Positions 29,926 to 45,960 of a DNA stretch of 64,000 bases are shown here, piece by piece. The stretch comes from the human T2T-CHM13v2.0 reference genome, Homo sapiens, in NCBI RefSeq assembly GCF_009914755.1, contig NC_060936.1, one strand, 5' to 3'. How positions within the stretch are numbered: the stretch's first letter is position 1; every line of letters begins with the position of its first letter. The position numbers were made by a program, and so were the translations under genes. The notes below the pieces were generated by a model that saw only the letters and a program-made list of their open reading frames with translations, was not told the DNA's origin and did not search any database.

Positions 29926-31901
29926 TCTTCTAATTACACAAGGCAGACTTTTAATAAATGTTTGAAAATTGATTTCATTTGTTTATTAATTAAGCACTAC
30001 TATGTGTTAGGCACTATGTTGAGTAACAAAGGTGAATACAGCACAGTCTCTGTTCTCCATGACTCGCTAATCAATAGATAAGACAGATTTGTAAGTAAAT
30101 AGGTAGAGTTGTTTTGATGAGTGCGGTATTAGACATGAATAAGCTTATATAGTTGTACAGAAAAGGATAATTTACTTTGGAGAGATTGAGAAGGGGTTTG
30201 GATTGGTTTTGTTGTAATCATAAAGCTCTTAGCTCTTTAAGCTGACTCTCTGTAAATGACAGTCATCTAGGTGAACAGATGTTTTCTGAACTATAGCTGA
30301 ACACTGGTCTTAGAGGACTTCACAATGCATACCTGGAGGAACATGGAGACTAAATTCCCAGACTGCCCGATTTAAATTAAGACCCTCCCTCCCCCTCATG
30401 CACATATCTTGTCACTGTCTTATCATCTGCTTTATTTTTTTTATAAGGAGAAAAGACATAAATGTTAGGAAAGCTAAATAACAATTCGAGACAGGGATAG
30501 AGAGATATCACAGATTTTTTTTTAGTAGTTTCCCAGTAAATTAATTATTCAAATAATAATTGCTAATAGAATTCAAAGGGCAATGTAAGTATGGTCTGTC
30601 ATGATGAAGAAAGTCTTCCTTGCTCAAATGATACCTGTCCTGGCCTTTTCCAGACTTCTAGTCCTCTGATGATTCCTTTTTCTCCTATCTCTAAGTCCTC
30701 TTATAGATTTCCTTTCTTCCATCTCTATTCTAAAACATTTGTTCATCATTTCAACCTGCTCCACTCCATTACCATGTCCTGCCAGTCTTAAAGCACTCAA
30801 CCCTAGATCTGTCAGCCCACCTTCTTTCTCCACAGGCTGCTGAGCCCTAAGGGAAAGTTTTACCTAACCTGACAGATGGCTCCATCTTCTCCACTGCACA
30901 CAGAGGTGTTTTTCAAAAAGCGGATTTCTACTTTAAGTCCTTTCGTGGCTCTTCTCTGTCTTAAGGATTAAGAGAAAAAAAATTTTTTTAATCACTTTGC
31001 ATGTGTTTATGATATGCAGTCTTATGTAGAAAATCTGTTTCCCCTGGTCAGTTCCCACTTTCATCCTATGTATATGATTCTACCAAACCTTTGCAACTCT
31101 CTAAAGGCCTTCTGCACCCCCTTGTCCTCAGAAGATAACATGTTTTTACTTAGTTTTTATTATGGATATTTGGGGTGGCCTGGCAACATGGTGTAGGGGT
31201 TGTGAGATTATGAGAGAGCTTAAAGCCTTCAAATACATCTTAGCATGGCCATTGAAGCCTGACATCTGGATTAAATCTAAACCCTTTCAACAAGACTTCA
31301 GGGCAGAATATCATGCTATCATGCTAAAGTGTCAGAGTCTCTGCCTAATAAATTGGGCAAAATGCTGTTATCATGGCAATATGCCAGTAACTTCTGAATG
31401 AGGGAAACCATCTCTGGTTGCGTTGTATTGGATGAATCCATGGAATTGGATCTGAGGCATTGGCCTTCACCTTGGGAACTCTCTGCCCCGAGAGCATCCG
31501 TCTTTCTGTTATCAAGCAACACATTTGCATGGCATGGAGCCACTTCCTCCCTTTGCCTCCAGGAGCCTACCATTCCACAATCTGCATGACTTTGTATTCA
31601 AGCTACTCTGCTCTTCTTTCTCTTCCTTAGACATAGATTCCTTATTAGGGCCTTTACACTTGCTCTGTCTACTGCGTGGAATCCTTTTCCCAGATCTTTA
31701 AGAGGCTGAGTCCTTCTTGACACTGAGAACTCAGCTCAAATGTCACTTCCTCAGTTAGGCCTTCCCTGACTGCCTAATTTAGATTAAGAACTCCCTCCCA
31801 GCCCCCTGCCACCACACACACACATATCTTGTCACTATCTTATCATCTGCTTTATTTTTTTCATGGTACTTATCACTAACTGAAATAATCTTCATTTTTT
31901 A

Positions 31902-32378
<477 letters not shown>

Positions 32379-32866
32379 TCAAGCAGGATCGTTCTTAAAC
32401 CCTTAATTCCCCATCCCTACCTATAAGTGTACTGTAAAATGTACCTATTCTTTCCTGTTTTCTGCCAATCTCAGGAAATTAAGTGGCTCTCTCGCTGCCC
32501 AAGGTTAATGCCCACACCTTTTTCTTCTGCCTCTTGAGGCCTTATTTCAGCATTGAACTCCTCCTCTAGTTCTTCAATCTCTTCTTTGGGCTTTATCCCT
32601 TCAATATGTGACATGCTGAGATCTATCCCTTTTGTGAGGAAAAAAAAATCTTTTATCGGATCTTTGTCACCTCAGAGATATGACCCTGTTTCTTCCCTTC
32701 CATTCACAGCTAAGTTTTTTGACAGTGTTTTGTGTGCCATTAGCCTCTAAATATTTTGATCATATTCCTAATCAATAAAAATTTTTGAATACACCCTCAA
32801 GTATATTTATTTACATATACCTTATATATATATGCTGCTAAACTGACATACGAAATAATGAAATTA

Positions 32867-33253
<387 letters not shown>

Positions 33254-33368
33254 TTATCAAATAGCAGAAGTTTTTCTTTATGTTCTGCACACTTACTATT
33301 TAAGTACCTTGTTAATTGTGGTGGCTTTGAACTATCATTAGCTAATAGCTGTGGGCACATTATATACT

Positions 33369-33770
33369 TGATATGTTTGGATATTTTGTCCCCACCAAAT
33401 CTCATGTTGAAAGGTGACCTCCAATGTTGGAGGTGGGCCTAGTGGGAGGTGTTTGAGTCATGGGGGTGGATCCTCATGAATGCTTGGTGCTGTCCTCCCC
33501 ATAACAAGTGAGTTCTCACTCTGTGATCACTCGAGATCTAGCTGTTAAAAGAACCTAGCACCTTCTCCCCCTCTTTCTTGCTGCCGCTCTTGCTGTGTGA
33601 TACTCCTGCTCTCCCTTCGTCTTCCACCATGATTGTAAGCTTCCTGAGACCCTCACCAGAAGCCAGTAAGATACAAGTGCTATGCTTGTACATCCTGCAG
33701 AACTGTGAGCCAAATAAACCTTTCTTTATAAATTACCCAGTCTCAGCTATTCCTTTATGGGACTAATACA
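33369..33770 (+). mobile_element. Solo MaLR LTR (MSTB-like)
   Basis: tgatatgtttgg...aaatctcatgttgaa...gaactgtgagccaaataaacc...gactaataca; 5-bp TSD atact/gtact. Confidence 0.88.
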
Positions 33771-34336
33771 GTACTTAAGGCAAGACTCCTAAGTATTGTA
33801 GTAGTTGTGAATTCATGTTACAGATAATTTCCAGTTTTTCTAAAACTAGTTTCTTGTCAGATCTGTTTGGATTGTCCTTGTTTTGACTCATGATAATGGC
33901 ATACAAAAGGCTCTGCCATTTTCTTATCCTTTGCTTATACTAATTATCTTCAATGTTGGTGTCTTTGTATTATAGGAATTATTTAAAACAGTTTGTTCAT
34001 TTTACAAGAATTGGTTTAGTTAAAACTGGATATAATATATAAACCCAGTTAACTGGGCATATGTAAATTGTAATATGACCAATGAAGAAAGCAAATGAGT
34101 GACCAGGAAGGAAGGACATCACTGCTACCCTTCTGTAACATGGAATTTTAACTCTTCTCTCAATTTTAATACTTCTTTCAAAGTATCTCAAGATACTTTG
34201 CATTTGTTTGTGACATGGGGAGCATTTGATTTATGGTTCAGGTCTGGGTACCAATGTCAATTCATTTATAAAATATTAGTAAAGCTTAATTTCTTTTCAA
34301 CTTTTTAGATAAAAATAATAAAAATAAAACTATTTC

Positions 34337-34680
<344 letters not shown>

Positions 34681-35519
34681 TTATGTACCTCCAGGGTTGT
34701 ATCTACCTCACTTTGCAGACTACTGGTTTGTACTTACCGTTTCCATGGCTTTACCCTCTATTCATTCTTCAGCCCACTGTAATCAGGCTTCTGCATCTAT
34801 TCCTCTGCCAGCACAACTCTGGTTTAAGGTCATTAGTAAGTTACCTTATCATAACATACAAGACTTTTTATAATGTCCCCACCCCATTTCATACATACAT
34901 AAATAGACCTTTCTGGTCTTATTACCTACTAAGACCCCTCCTTTAGAGGCCTTATCATTTGCTTTAGGTTTAGGAACCTGTTTTCAGTTCCCCACAAGTA
35001 CCATAATCTCTCATTCCTCCAAATTTTTGCTATTCCCTCTTATAGTGGAATATGTCTGCTGTTCAGAAGCTCCTTAATTGTTGACATTTACTATGTGCCA
35101 GGCAGAATGCTTTGCATGCCTTTCTTCATTTAATACCCACATCAACCTGGTAAGTTTAAGCTCCTTTATTTTAGAGGTAGGACAAGGCCTAGAAGAGGTT
35201 GTATAATTTGCCTAAGGCATACTAGAATTCAAACCCAGTGCTTTACTAATTATGTTATGCTGCCTTCCCTTACGAAAAGGAGTTTATTTTCTTTTTTATA
35301 CCTGGCACCTAGCACAAGGCATAGCAAATATTATATTTGTTGAATGAATAAAGTGAGGTTTGAGCTAGTCTTAAAGAATGAAAATGTTCTAGGCAGGAGA
35401 AAACATGGACAAATACAGAAAAGAGAGTATGTCTACAGCACATTTAGAGAACAATGACCTGGTCACCATGGGTTAAAAGGTATTTCACTGAGGGTAGCAT
35501 TCAGGGGTCTTTCCATTCA

Positions 35520-37230
<1,711 letters not shown>

Positions 37231-37244
37231 GTTAGATTAAATAA

Positions 37245-37576
<332 letters not shown>

Positions 37577-37740
37577 GGGGATCGTTCTTTTCGTTGCCTG
37601 AATCATTTCAGATGGTTTTATTGTGGTTTGGTTGATACACAAAAAGCTGTACATAGTTAATGTATACAACTTGATGAGTTTGGAATTCTAAGTAAATACC
37701 TGAGAGGTATTACCATAATCAAGGCCATAAACTTTGTCAT

Positions 37741-39345
37741 CAAAACAGTTTTTGTATTGGCATAAAACAGACATATTGACCAAAAGAACAAAAGAAAGAG
37801 TCCAGAAATAAACTCATGCATATATAGTTATCTTCAACAAGGGTGCCAAGAATACACAATGGGGAAAAAAATAGTCTCTTCAATAAATGGTTTTGGGAAG
37901 ACTGGATTTCACTAAAAGAATGAAATTGAATCCTTATCTCACATCATACACAAAAATCAACTCAAAATAGATTAAAGACTTAAATGTAAAACCTAAAACA
38001 ATAAAACTCTTAGAAGAACACTTAAATTAGCCAGGCATGGTGACACACCTGTAGTCTCAGCTACTCCGGAGGCTCAGGTGGGAGGATCACTTGAACTTGA
38101 GAGGTTGAGGCTGTAATGAGCTGTGATCACACTACTGCATTCTAACCTAAGCAACAGAACAATACCCTGTCAAAAAAAAAAAAAAAAGAGGGAGGAGGAG
38201 CAGGAGGAGCAGGAGCAGGAGACGTGAGAGAAAAAGCTTACGGACATTGGTCTTGGCAATGATTTCTTGGGTATGACACCAAAAGCACAGGCAACAAAAG
38301 CAAATATAGACAAGTAGAATTACATGAAACTAGAAAACTTCTGCACAGCAAAGGAAACAGTCAACAAAATGAAAAGGCAGCTTAAGAAATGGGAGAAAGT
38401 ATTTTCAATCCATATACCTCAAGAGGTTAATATCTAAAACCTATTAAAAAACTCTTAATAGCCAAAAAAAAAACCTGATTTTAAAATGGGCAAAGAACCT
38501 GAATAGACATTTAACCAACGAAGACATGCAAACAGACAACAGGTACATGAAAAGGTACTTAACATCACTAATGCAAATCAAAACCTCAGTATCACCTCAT
38601 ACCTTGTTAGAAGGGTTATTCCAAAAAAAAAAAAAAAACCTCAAAAAACAAAAGATAATCGATGGTAAGGATGTGAAGAAAAGGAAATCTTTTTACACTG
38701 TTGGTGGGAATGTAAATTAGTATAGCCATTATGGAAAACAGTGTGGAGTTTTCTCAAAAGATGAAAAATAGAATTATTTGATTCAGCAATCACGCTTCTG
38801 GGAGTATATCCAAAGGAAATAAAATCACTGTTTCACAGAGATATCTGCATTTTCATCACATGGTCCTTACAGCACTGTTCACAATAGCCAAGATACTGAA
38901 ACAACCTAAATGTCTATCAGTCAGATGAATGGATAAAATGTGCGTATATATGTATACACACACAGAGCAGAATCAGTAGAGTATTATTCAGCCTTTAAAA
39001 AAAGAAGGAAATCCCATCACTTGGAACAACATGGGTGGATCTGGAGGGCATTATGATAAGTGAAATAAACCAGGCACAGGACAAATACTCCATGATCCCA
39101 CTTTTATGAGGAGTTTAAAATAGTGAAGCTTGTAGAACTAGATAGTAGAATAGTGGTTATCTGGGGCTGGGGAGAGGAGTAAATGGGGAGGTGTCAGTCA
39201 AAAGATACAAAGTTTTAGTTATGCAAGATAAGGTCTGGAGATCTCCTGTGTAGCAGAGCCTATAGTTAGCAATACTGTATTGTATACTTAGAATGTTGCT
39301 AAGGGAATAGGTCTTACGTTAAGTGCTCTTACCACAAAAGAAAAA
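37741..39345 (+). mobile_element. L1MA/MB ORF2 C-terminus and 3' UTR, with an Alu monomer at 38024-38187
   Basis: ggcataaaacagacatattgacc, aaaaatcaactcaaaatagattaaagacttaaatgtaaaacc, cacaatagccaagata, aatactgtattgtatactt. Track ORF 38526-38720 is L1 ORF2-like. Confidence 0.88.
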
Positions 39346-39368
39346 AATACTTTTCAAAGATTTTGAGG

Positions 39369-39654
39369 GGTTTGGGTGCAGTGGCTCACGCCTGTAATTC
39401 CAGCACTTTGGGAAGCCATGGCAGGAAGATTGCTTGAGCCCAGGAGTTTGAGACCAGCTTGGGGAGCATAGTGAGACCTTGTCTCTACTAAAAATTAAAA
39501 AATTAGCAAGGGGCATGGTGGCGTGTGCGTGTGGTCCCAGCTACTCAGGAGGCTGAGGTGGGAGGATCATTTGAGCCCGGGAAGTCAAGGCTGCAGTGAG
39601 CCATGATCATGCCACTGCACTCTGGCCTGGGCAAGAGACTCTATCTCAAAAACA
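39369..39654 (+). mobile_element. Alu (AluJ)
   Basis: Sense J-type dimer. Confidence 0.88.
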
Positions 39655-42224
39655 ATTTTTTTTAATGAATAAAGAGGGCAAAAGGAAAATCTTTTGGAGA
39701 TTTTAAGATTCGTTTACATAGACTTTACAGCCTTGAAAAAAGATATGTAAGCCCCAAATATAAAGAAGATACATTTGACCAGCAAGATTTATTAACAGCT
39801 ATGGATCTACGTGTGCCATATCATGTTCTTCAGTGTAATTTCATGTTTTTGTCCAGCGATTCACAGAGGACTAGATTTTAGATTGCCTTTCCTCTCCCAC
39901 AACTGACAAGGCTTTAATCAGGGCATTAAGGAGTTCTAAATAGGTCTTGCTTTTGAATCTGCATATCAGGAGGGGGCTGGGAGCATGAGCGGGAGGATGT
40001 CATGTCTCAGTGATTAATGATCTCTAGGAAGCTGAAAAGGGGAGTGTAATATACACAGTATTTCTACCCCCTGGAGTAGGAATGCAAACACTATTGTGCA
40101 GATCTGTGCATAGTCACTGACTTCCTGGTAGCTGGAGAATTTCATACACTCTTCTACCACAAATAAAACTGTCAGAGAAGTGACAGAGCTCAAAAAGCTG
40201 GCCTTCCTTACTTAAAAAGAATAGCTCAAACACAGTGAGCCAGAAAAATTAATTTTGTAGTTGTTTGGAAACCAAGTTGTTAAATAAGAAATAAGAAAAT
40301 GGGAACTTTTCTTGAAAAGCCTAAAACCTCCAAATATTTGTTGAATCAAACTCTACATTTGGTTTCTTAAATTTACTGAATTCCTGGAAACTGCTTACTT
40401 TAAACGAATTTAAAGGGGAAACATTCCTTTGTAATGAAATGACCCATCTGAAACTTTTCAATCTGGTCTCTGGTAGGTTCAGAGCATCATACGGTCAGTG
40501 TATTTAAGAGCCTATTGCCTGATGTTTAGGGAAAAAATCATAACATTTCAGAATGGCTTGTATACAGTTTTTGAAAATAATTCTAAGGTAGAGTTATTTC
40601 CCCCCTTTTATTCTCAATGAATCTATGGTATTATTTAGTAACAATTTCTAAGTGCTTAAGATAGAAGCAAAACGTTCTGAACTATAGATAAGATAAACTA
40701 CAGATATTTGCAAAAAAAAGTTTTAAGAGAAAGTTTTGGGGAAAGCTTATATTTCAGCCACCTTTGATTATTTACCAATAACCAAATATAGAGATTTTGT
40801 GCATAACACCAGTAGCAGCAGCAGTATTTGGTTTTAGTGAGGGCAATCAAATAACTTGTATTTTACTAGGAACCATTTATTCATATGACTTGTTAAATTA
40901 TTTTTTGCTCTTGATTCATTTTTTTGATGCCCTATACATTACCACTTTCTGTTCTGCATTGTCTAACTTTTCAACTGACTTGTTACTGGTTTTTATTTTT
41001 CCATAATATAAAAAGAAAGGAAATATTCATTCTTGGGGAAGTGGAGCACAATTCAGGGTAGAGGAAAGAAAAATTTTTGTATTTCTATTTCTTTGTTTTT
41101 CTGTTTGTTTTGCTTTATTTTTTAGGGTGTCACTATAATCTAAAGTAGAAGGAGCTACTGGTCTAAATTAAGATAGTATCAGATAGATTAAGCTCTAAAT
41201 TTGGTTTCCAAGTGGTTGGACTTTTAAATTGCATTTGCAGGAGTTTATTTTTAGTCAGGATGTGGTTATTTTTAGATCTGCTTCTCTGTCACTAGGAAAT
41301 AAAATGCCTGTCTTTCCATTGTTGATCAGGAAGTTCTAAGGCACAGGCATATAAGAGCCAGTTAGCCCAGAACACCACCACTCCTTTTAGATGAAAGAAT
41401 ATGAAATAACTCATGGAAGAAAATATGTTTGTTGAGAACATATCTAATTTTGAAATTGTTAGTGTCATTTTAATCTTTTGTACACTGAACAACAGAACAA
41501 GGTTTTTAGGGAATGCCAAAAATATAAGGTTTGGGTTCCCCCTACTGGTGTGCATCCCAGTCTCGTGTATTCATTAATACACAGCTGAAAGGCCTAGGGG
41601 CTAGAGATTAGAAATAGCTATATTAACTTCATTTAGAGACCTGATGATAAGAAAGAGAGAAAAAACTCCATTTCCCTTTTTCTGCATATGTCTTACAAAA
41701 ATTGGGATGATTTTTAAATTGTATTTTCTACATTTAGAAAGAATAAAACTTAATTCTACCATATTTGGTTTATTGTTGTTGCTACTGATAAGCTGCTTAT
41801 TTTCAGTGTTTCTCAAATGCTTTATGTTGTAATCTAAGGAATAATAAAACACCAGTGGATCCACAAAAGGATTTAAAATCCCAGGGAAGAAATGCAAAGC
41901 TAGCATTGTTGCCATAATAAAATTAAGGAGCTGGCATTAAAGCTCACTAATTCCTATTTTAGCATTTCAGAAAGTGACATGACATCATGTGATTGTGTCT
42001 GTCTATTCAACATTTGTTTTTTTTCTAATTTGTACAACATATATTTGAAACAGTTTTTTATTTCCTATCTCATAGTAAGTGTCAAGTGTCCATAATGGCT
42101 CATTTTTGGAAAAGAAATATTTTAATTGACTCTTAAAAGTCACTTTTGAACTTCTTATTATGTTTGCATTTTAAAGGACTATTCAATCAAGTTAAAATAT
42201 TGTATTTTTTTAATTGCTTTTCAG

Positions 42225-42453
42225 CAATGCAGTCAACCTTTTAAGCAATGTTCCAGTCTCTTGTTTGGATGTTCTCATTTGTCCGTTAACCCATGAAGAA
42301 ACAGCCCAAGAGGCAACGACTCTAGATGAACTGCCCAGTAATAAAACAGCTGAGAAAGAAACAGTTTTGAAAAACAATACCATGGTATACAATGGTATGA
42401 ATATGGAGGCCATTCATGTTTTACTGAATTTTATGGAGAAGAGAATAGACAAG
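42225..42453 (+). CDS. RIC8B: RIC8B coding exon (exon 5), 229 nt, phase 2-0: (S)[25 protein letters not shown]...[20 protein letters not shown]
   Basis: Acceptor ttgcttttcag|C, donor AAG|gtaagg. Lies within track ORF 42214-42540. Phase matches exon 4 (AG+C=Ser). Confidence 0.96.
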
Positions 42454-43131
42454 GTAAGGCTGATAAAATGGAAGCCCTGGGAAGATGCTTCCAAAGAATG
42501 TAAATGTGCCATACATACAGACACACATCACAGAGCATGATTTTTAAATCTAAGCTTTTTTTCTGACTGATGTGCTGCATAATTGTTTTTACTTTGGAAA
42601 GCAGTTTATTACAATATATGATAAATTGCTGAAGCCATGTTAATTTATTTGTTTAATGCTGAAAATTATGTTCATGCAACACCAAAATTATGACTAGTGC
42701 TTGAAAACAAAGGAAAAAGTAATTACTGTTCCATTTTGTTACTTTGTGAGTCCTAGAAATAAAAAATATCCCCCCAAAAACTTGCTAAATACTCTTCATA
42801 ATACCTAAAAGACATCTTCCCAAAAAAAAGAAAAAAGAAGACCTTGTCAATTTCCCATTTGTTGTGAGCTGTTTATACATTCTCTGGTCTATCACTCACT
42901 TTGTCAGGTATCTGTATTAAAAGGCAGCAAGGTAGCATAGTCCAGTCACCAAAATTTTGCTTCATTCAAGCCCTTTGGCTAAGCCCATGGGAATCCTAGA
43001 AAATGTAGGAACATCCAGGAAGGACCAAAAAAGGCAATAGTAAACATGAAGATGATAAAATGGAAATGTTTTTAGGAAAAGAATTTTTAAAATAGTTTGT
43101 AAGCTTAGGTAACATAAGATGTCCCCACCTC

Positions 43132-43389
<258 letters not shown>

Positions 43390-43487
43390 TCAAAAACAAA
43401 TTGATATCCTCAGTTACATGAAGGAAAGTAATACTGTTAGAAACAAAACTAACGTATTTCAAAAACATATGGTTTTTTTTTTTATAG

Positions 43488-43583
43488 GGAAGCAGCTATA
43501 GAGAGGGTCTAACTCCAGTTCTCAGCTTATTAACCGAATGTTCCCGAGCCCATCGAAACATCCGAAAATTTCTCAAAGATCAG
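43488..43583 (+). CDS. RIC8B: RIC8B coding exon (exon 6), 96 nt, phase 0-0: [32 protein letters not shown]
   Basis: Branch point-like ACTAAC at 43448-43453, T-tract, tag|GGA acceptor, CAG|gtaact donor. PVLSLLTEC...RKFLK is conserved in Ric-8 proteins. Confidence 0.96.
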
Positions 43584-43743
43584 GTAACTGCTTAATGCAT
43601 ATTACATTGCAAAGTTAGTCTTTTTATGTGCATTTTAAACATAGAATTAATTGAATTTTCTCACAATGATTTTGTTTCAGATAATCAGAAACTCAGTCTT
43701 AATCTTTGAAATCTTCTTAATCAAGAAGTGTGTATTTTTTGAG

Positions 43744-44480
43744 TCATTCATTCAGCAAATGCTACCGAGATCTGCTGTGTGTGCTGTGTTTTGGGCATTG
43801 AACAACAGATGAAGTCTTTCCCCTTGGGAAGTTTATTTTGTAGAGAGGGGGACAAAAAGTAAACAAATTTAAAATATAATGGCAGGTGGTGATAAGCATT
43901 CTGAAGAAAGGTAAAGCATTTTAAGAGAGAGGAGACACTTTAAGGGAACAAGGGAGGACCTCTCTGAGATGACATTTGAACAGAAAGGTGGAAAAGTAAG
44001 AGTATCTCTGAGAATGATTGGAAAGGAATGTCCCTGAGAGAACAAGTTCACAATCCCTGAGACAAGAGGATGCTTTGGTACACTTAAGGAAAAGCAAGAA
44101 GGCCTGTGTGACTAGGCCACAATATGCAAGGGGGAGAGTGGTAGATAAAGAGAGGTAACAAGAGCCAGATACAGCAGGCGGTGTAGGACTTTCCATTCTC
44201 TTCTAAGTGAGATGAGAAGATATTGGAGTGTTTTAAGAGGGGAAGTGATGTGACCTTATTTATGCTTAAAGATATCCTGGCTACTATTTGTAAGATTGAC
44301 ATAGTGGAGCACAAATGGATGCAAGGAGACAAGTCCAAAAGATAACTGATGTTGCATGTTTGGAGTAGGATGGTAGTGGTTAGAGTTCATACTTGGGGAT
44401 ATGTTTTAAATATTTTAATATGTCTTAAAAGTAGCTCACAGAACTTGCTGATAGATTGGAGTATGGGTTGAAAAAGAAAA
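43744..44480 (-). mobile_element. L2 fragment (antisense, includes the 3' end)
   Basis: cattcattcagcaaatgctaccgag... gacatttgaacaga... ttgctgatagattgga. Confidence 0.7.
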
Positions 44481-44559
44481 AATAAGGGTGATTTTTAAAC
44501 TTTCAGATTATATCTTAGACTACAAGTGTAAGACTTTGATTGTAACAATACCTGAAACT

Positions 44560-45960
44560 AGCCTCCTCTAAAATCCCAATTTCAAGCACCTTCTCTTATT
44601 TAGTACCCTCAATCCAACATTCTTTCTTCCTCGGAGGATTGTCAGTCTGTCATTTTTTCCCACTGTTCTTCACTCACTTGTGCCTTCTCTCCTTACCCAG
44701 GCTAGATTCCACCTGAGGTTCATTACTATAATCACTCCTTTCCATACATCTCTAACTAGCACCTTGTGCGCTCCCTCAGTCGTACTCACCTGGCAAAACC
44801 TAACAAACTGGCTAACTCCAGCTTTCTTCCTACTCTGGGTCTCCACCAAGCACTTGAACATGATAAGAGAAAATGACACAACCATTTTGACGAGTCTACT
44901 TTAAATTTAAGACCACCAGCCCCAACCGGTTCCTTAGCAAACTCCAAGATGACTATTTCACAGCTTTTCTTCACACCTCCAATGCTTACTGCCCTCTCCT
45001 CACTCTCATTTCTTGACTTTGTTTCCTGTTTCATCATGAAATTAAGAAAAAACTTTATCTTTCCACCATTGCATCTGCTATCTGTCTGCATCTATACTGC
45101 CATATCCCTTGTATTCCCATCTGTCACAATGGATGAATCATTGCTACTTCTGTGGCCAGCATTTGTCCTGGATCTCTTTCTCTCTCATTAACTTTGCACC
45201 TGCATTTATTTCCCCTCTCTCTCTTCTTATATTAATCATTTTAAAAAATGTATTGGATCATTTATCAGCACCCAAACACATCTTTCATCTTAAAAACAAA
45301 AACACCTTCCCTTATCCCACTTCTCAAGCTGCCTTTCTATTTCTATGCTCCTCTTTATGCAGTGTCCTCAGAAGAGTTCTCTGTACTCACTCTCTCTATT
45401 CTTTTTACTCGTTTTTGACTCCTAAACCCTCTGTAGGCTACATGCCTTCCGCCCCACTGCAAAGGTGTTTATCAGAGTCACCAACTCAACTTTGCCAAAG
45501 CTAATAGTTCTCAAGTCTCTTTTTTTAAATTCTCCAATAGAATTTGATGTAAGTATTCCCTCCTCCTTGAAATACTTTCTTCACTTGGTTTCTAGGACAC
45601 AATAGAGAACCTCTTTGTTGATCTTCCTCGTTTTCCTAACCCTAAATGTTTGAGTGCCCCGAGGCAATACTATCTTGTCTCTATCTCTGCTGCCATGGTG
45701 ATCTCATTCAAGAGTCATGGTTTTGAAAATCATCCATATATGCTGATGACTCTCAAATTTATATCTCCAGCCCTGACCTGTCACCTAAGCTCTAGACTTA
45801 TACAGTGAACTGCCGACTCATCTCCTCCTCTTGGATGTATAGTAGGTATCTCAAGTTTAACATACCTCAAACTAATATCTTGATTTTCATCCCTCCAACC
45901 TATTTCTTCCCCTTCTTTCCACATTTCAATACGTGGTACCACCATTCACCCAATTGTTCA
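44560..45960 (+). mobile_element. L2 fragment
   Basis: Pyrimidine-rich L2 motifs (tatatgctgatgactctcaaatttatatctccagccctgacc, accaccattcacccaattg). Confidence 0.7.
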
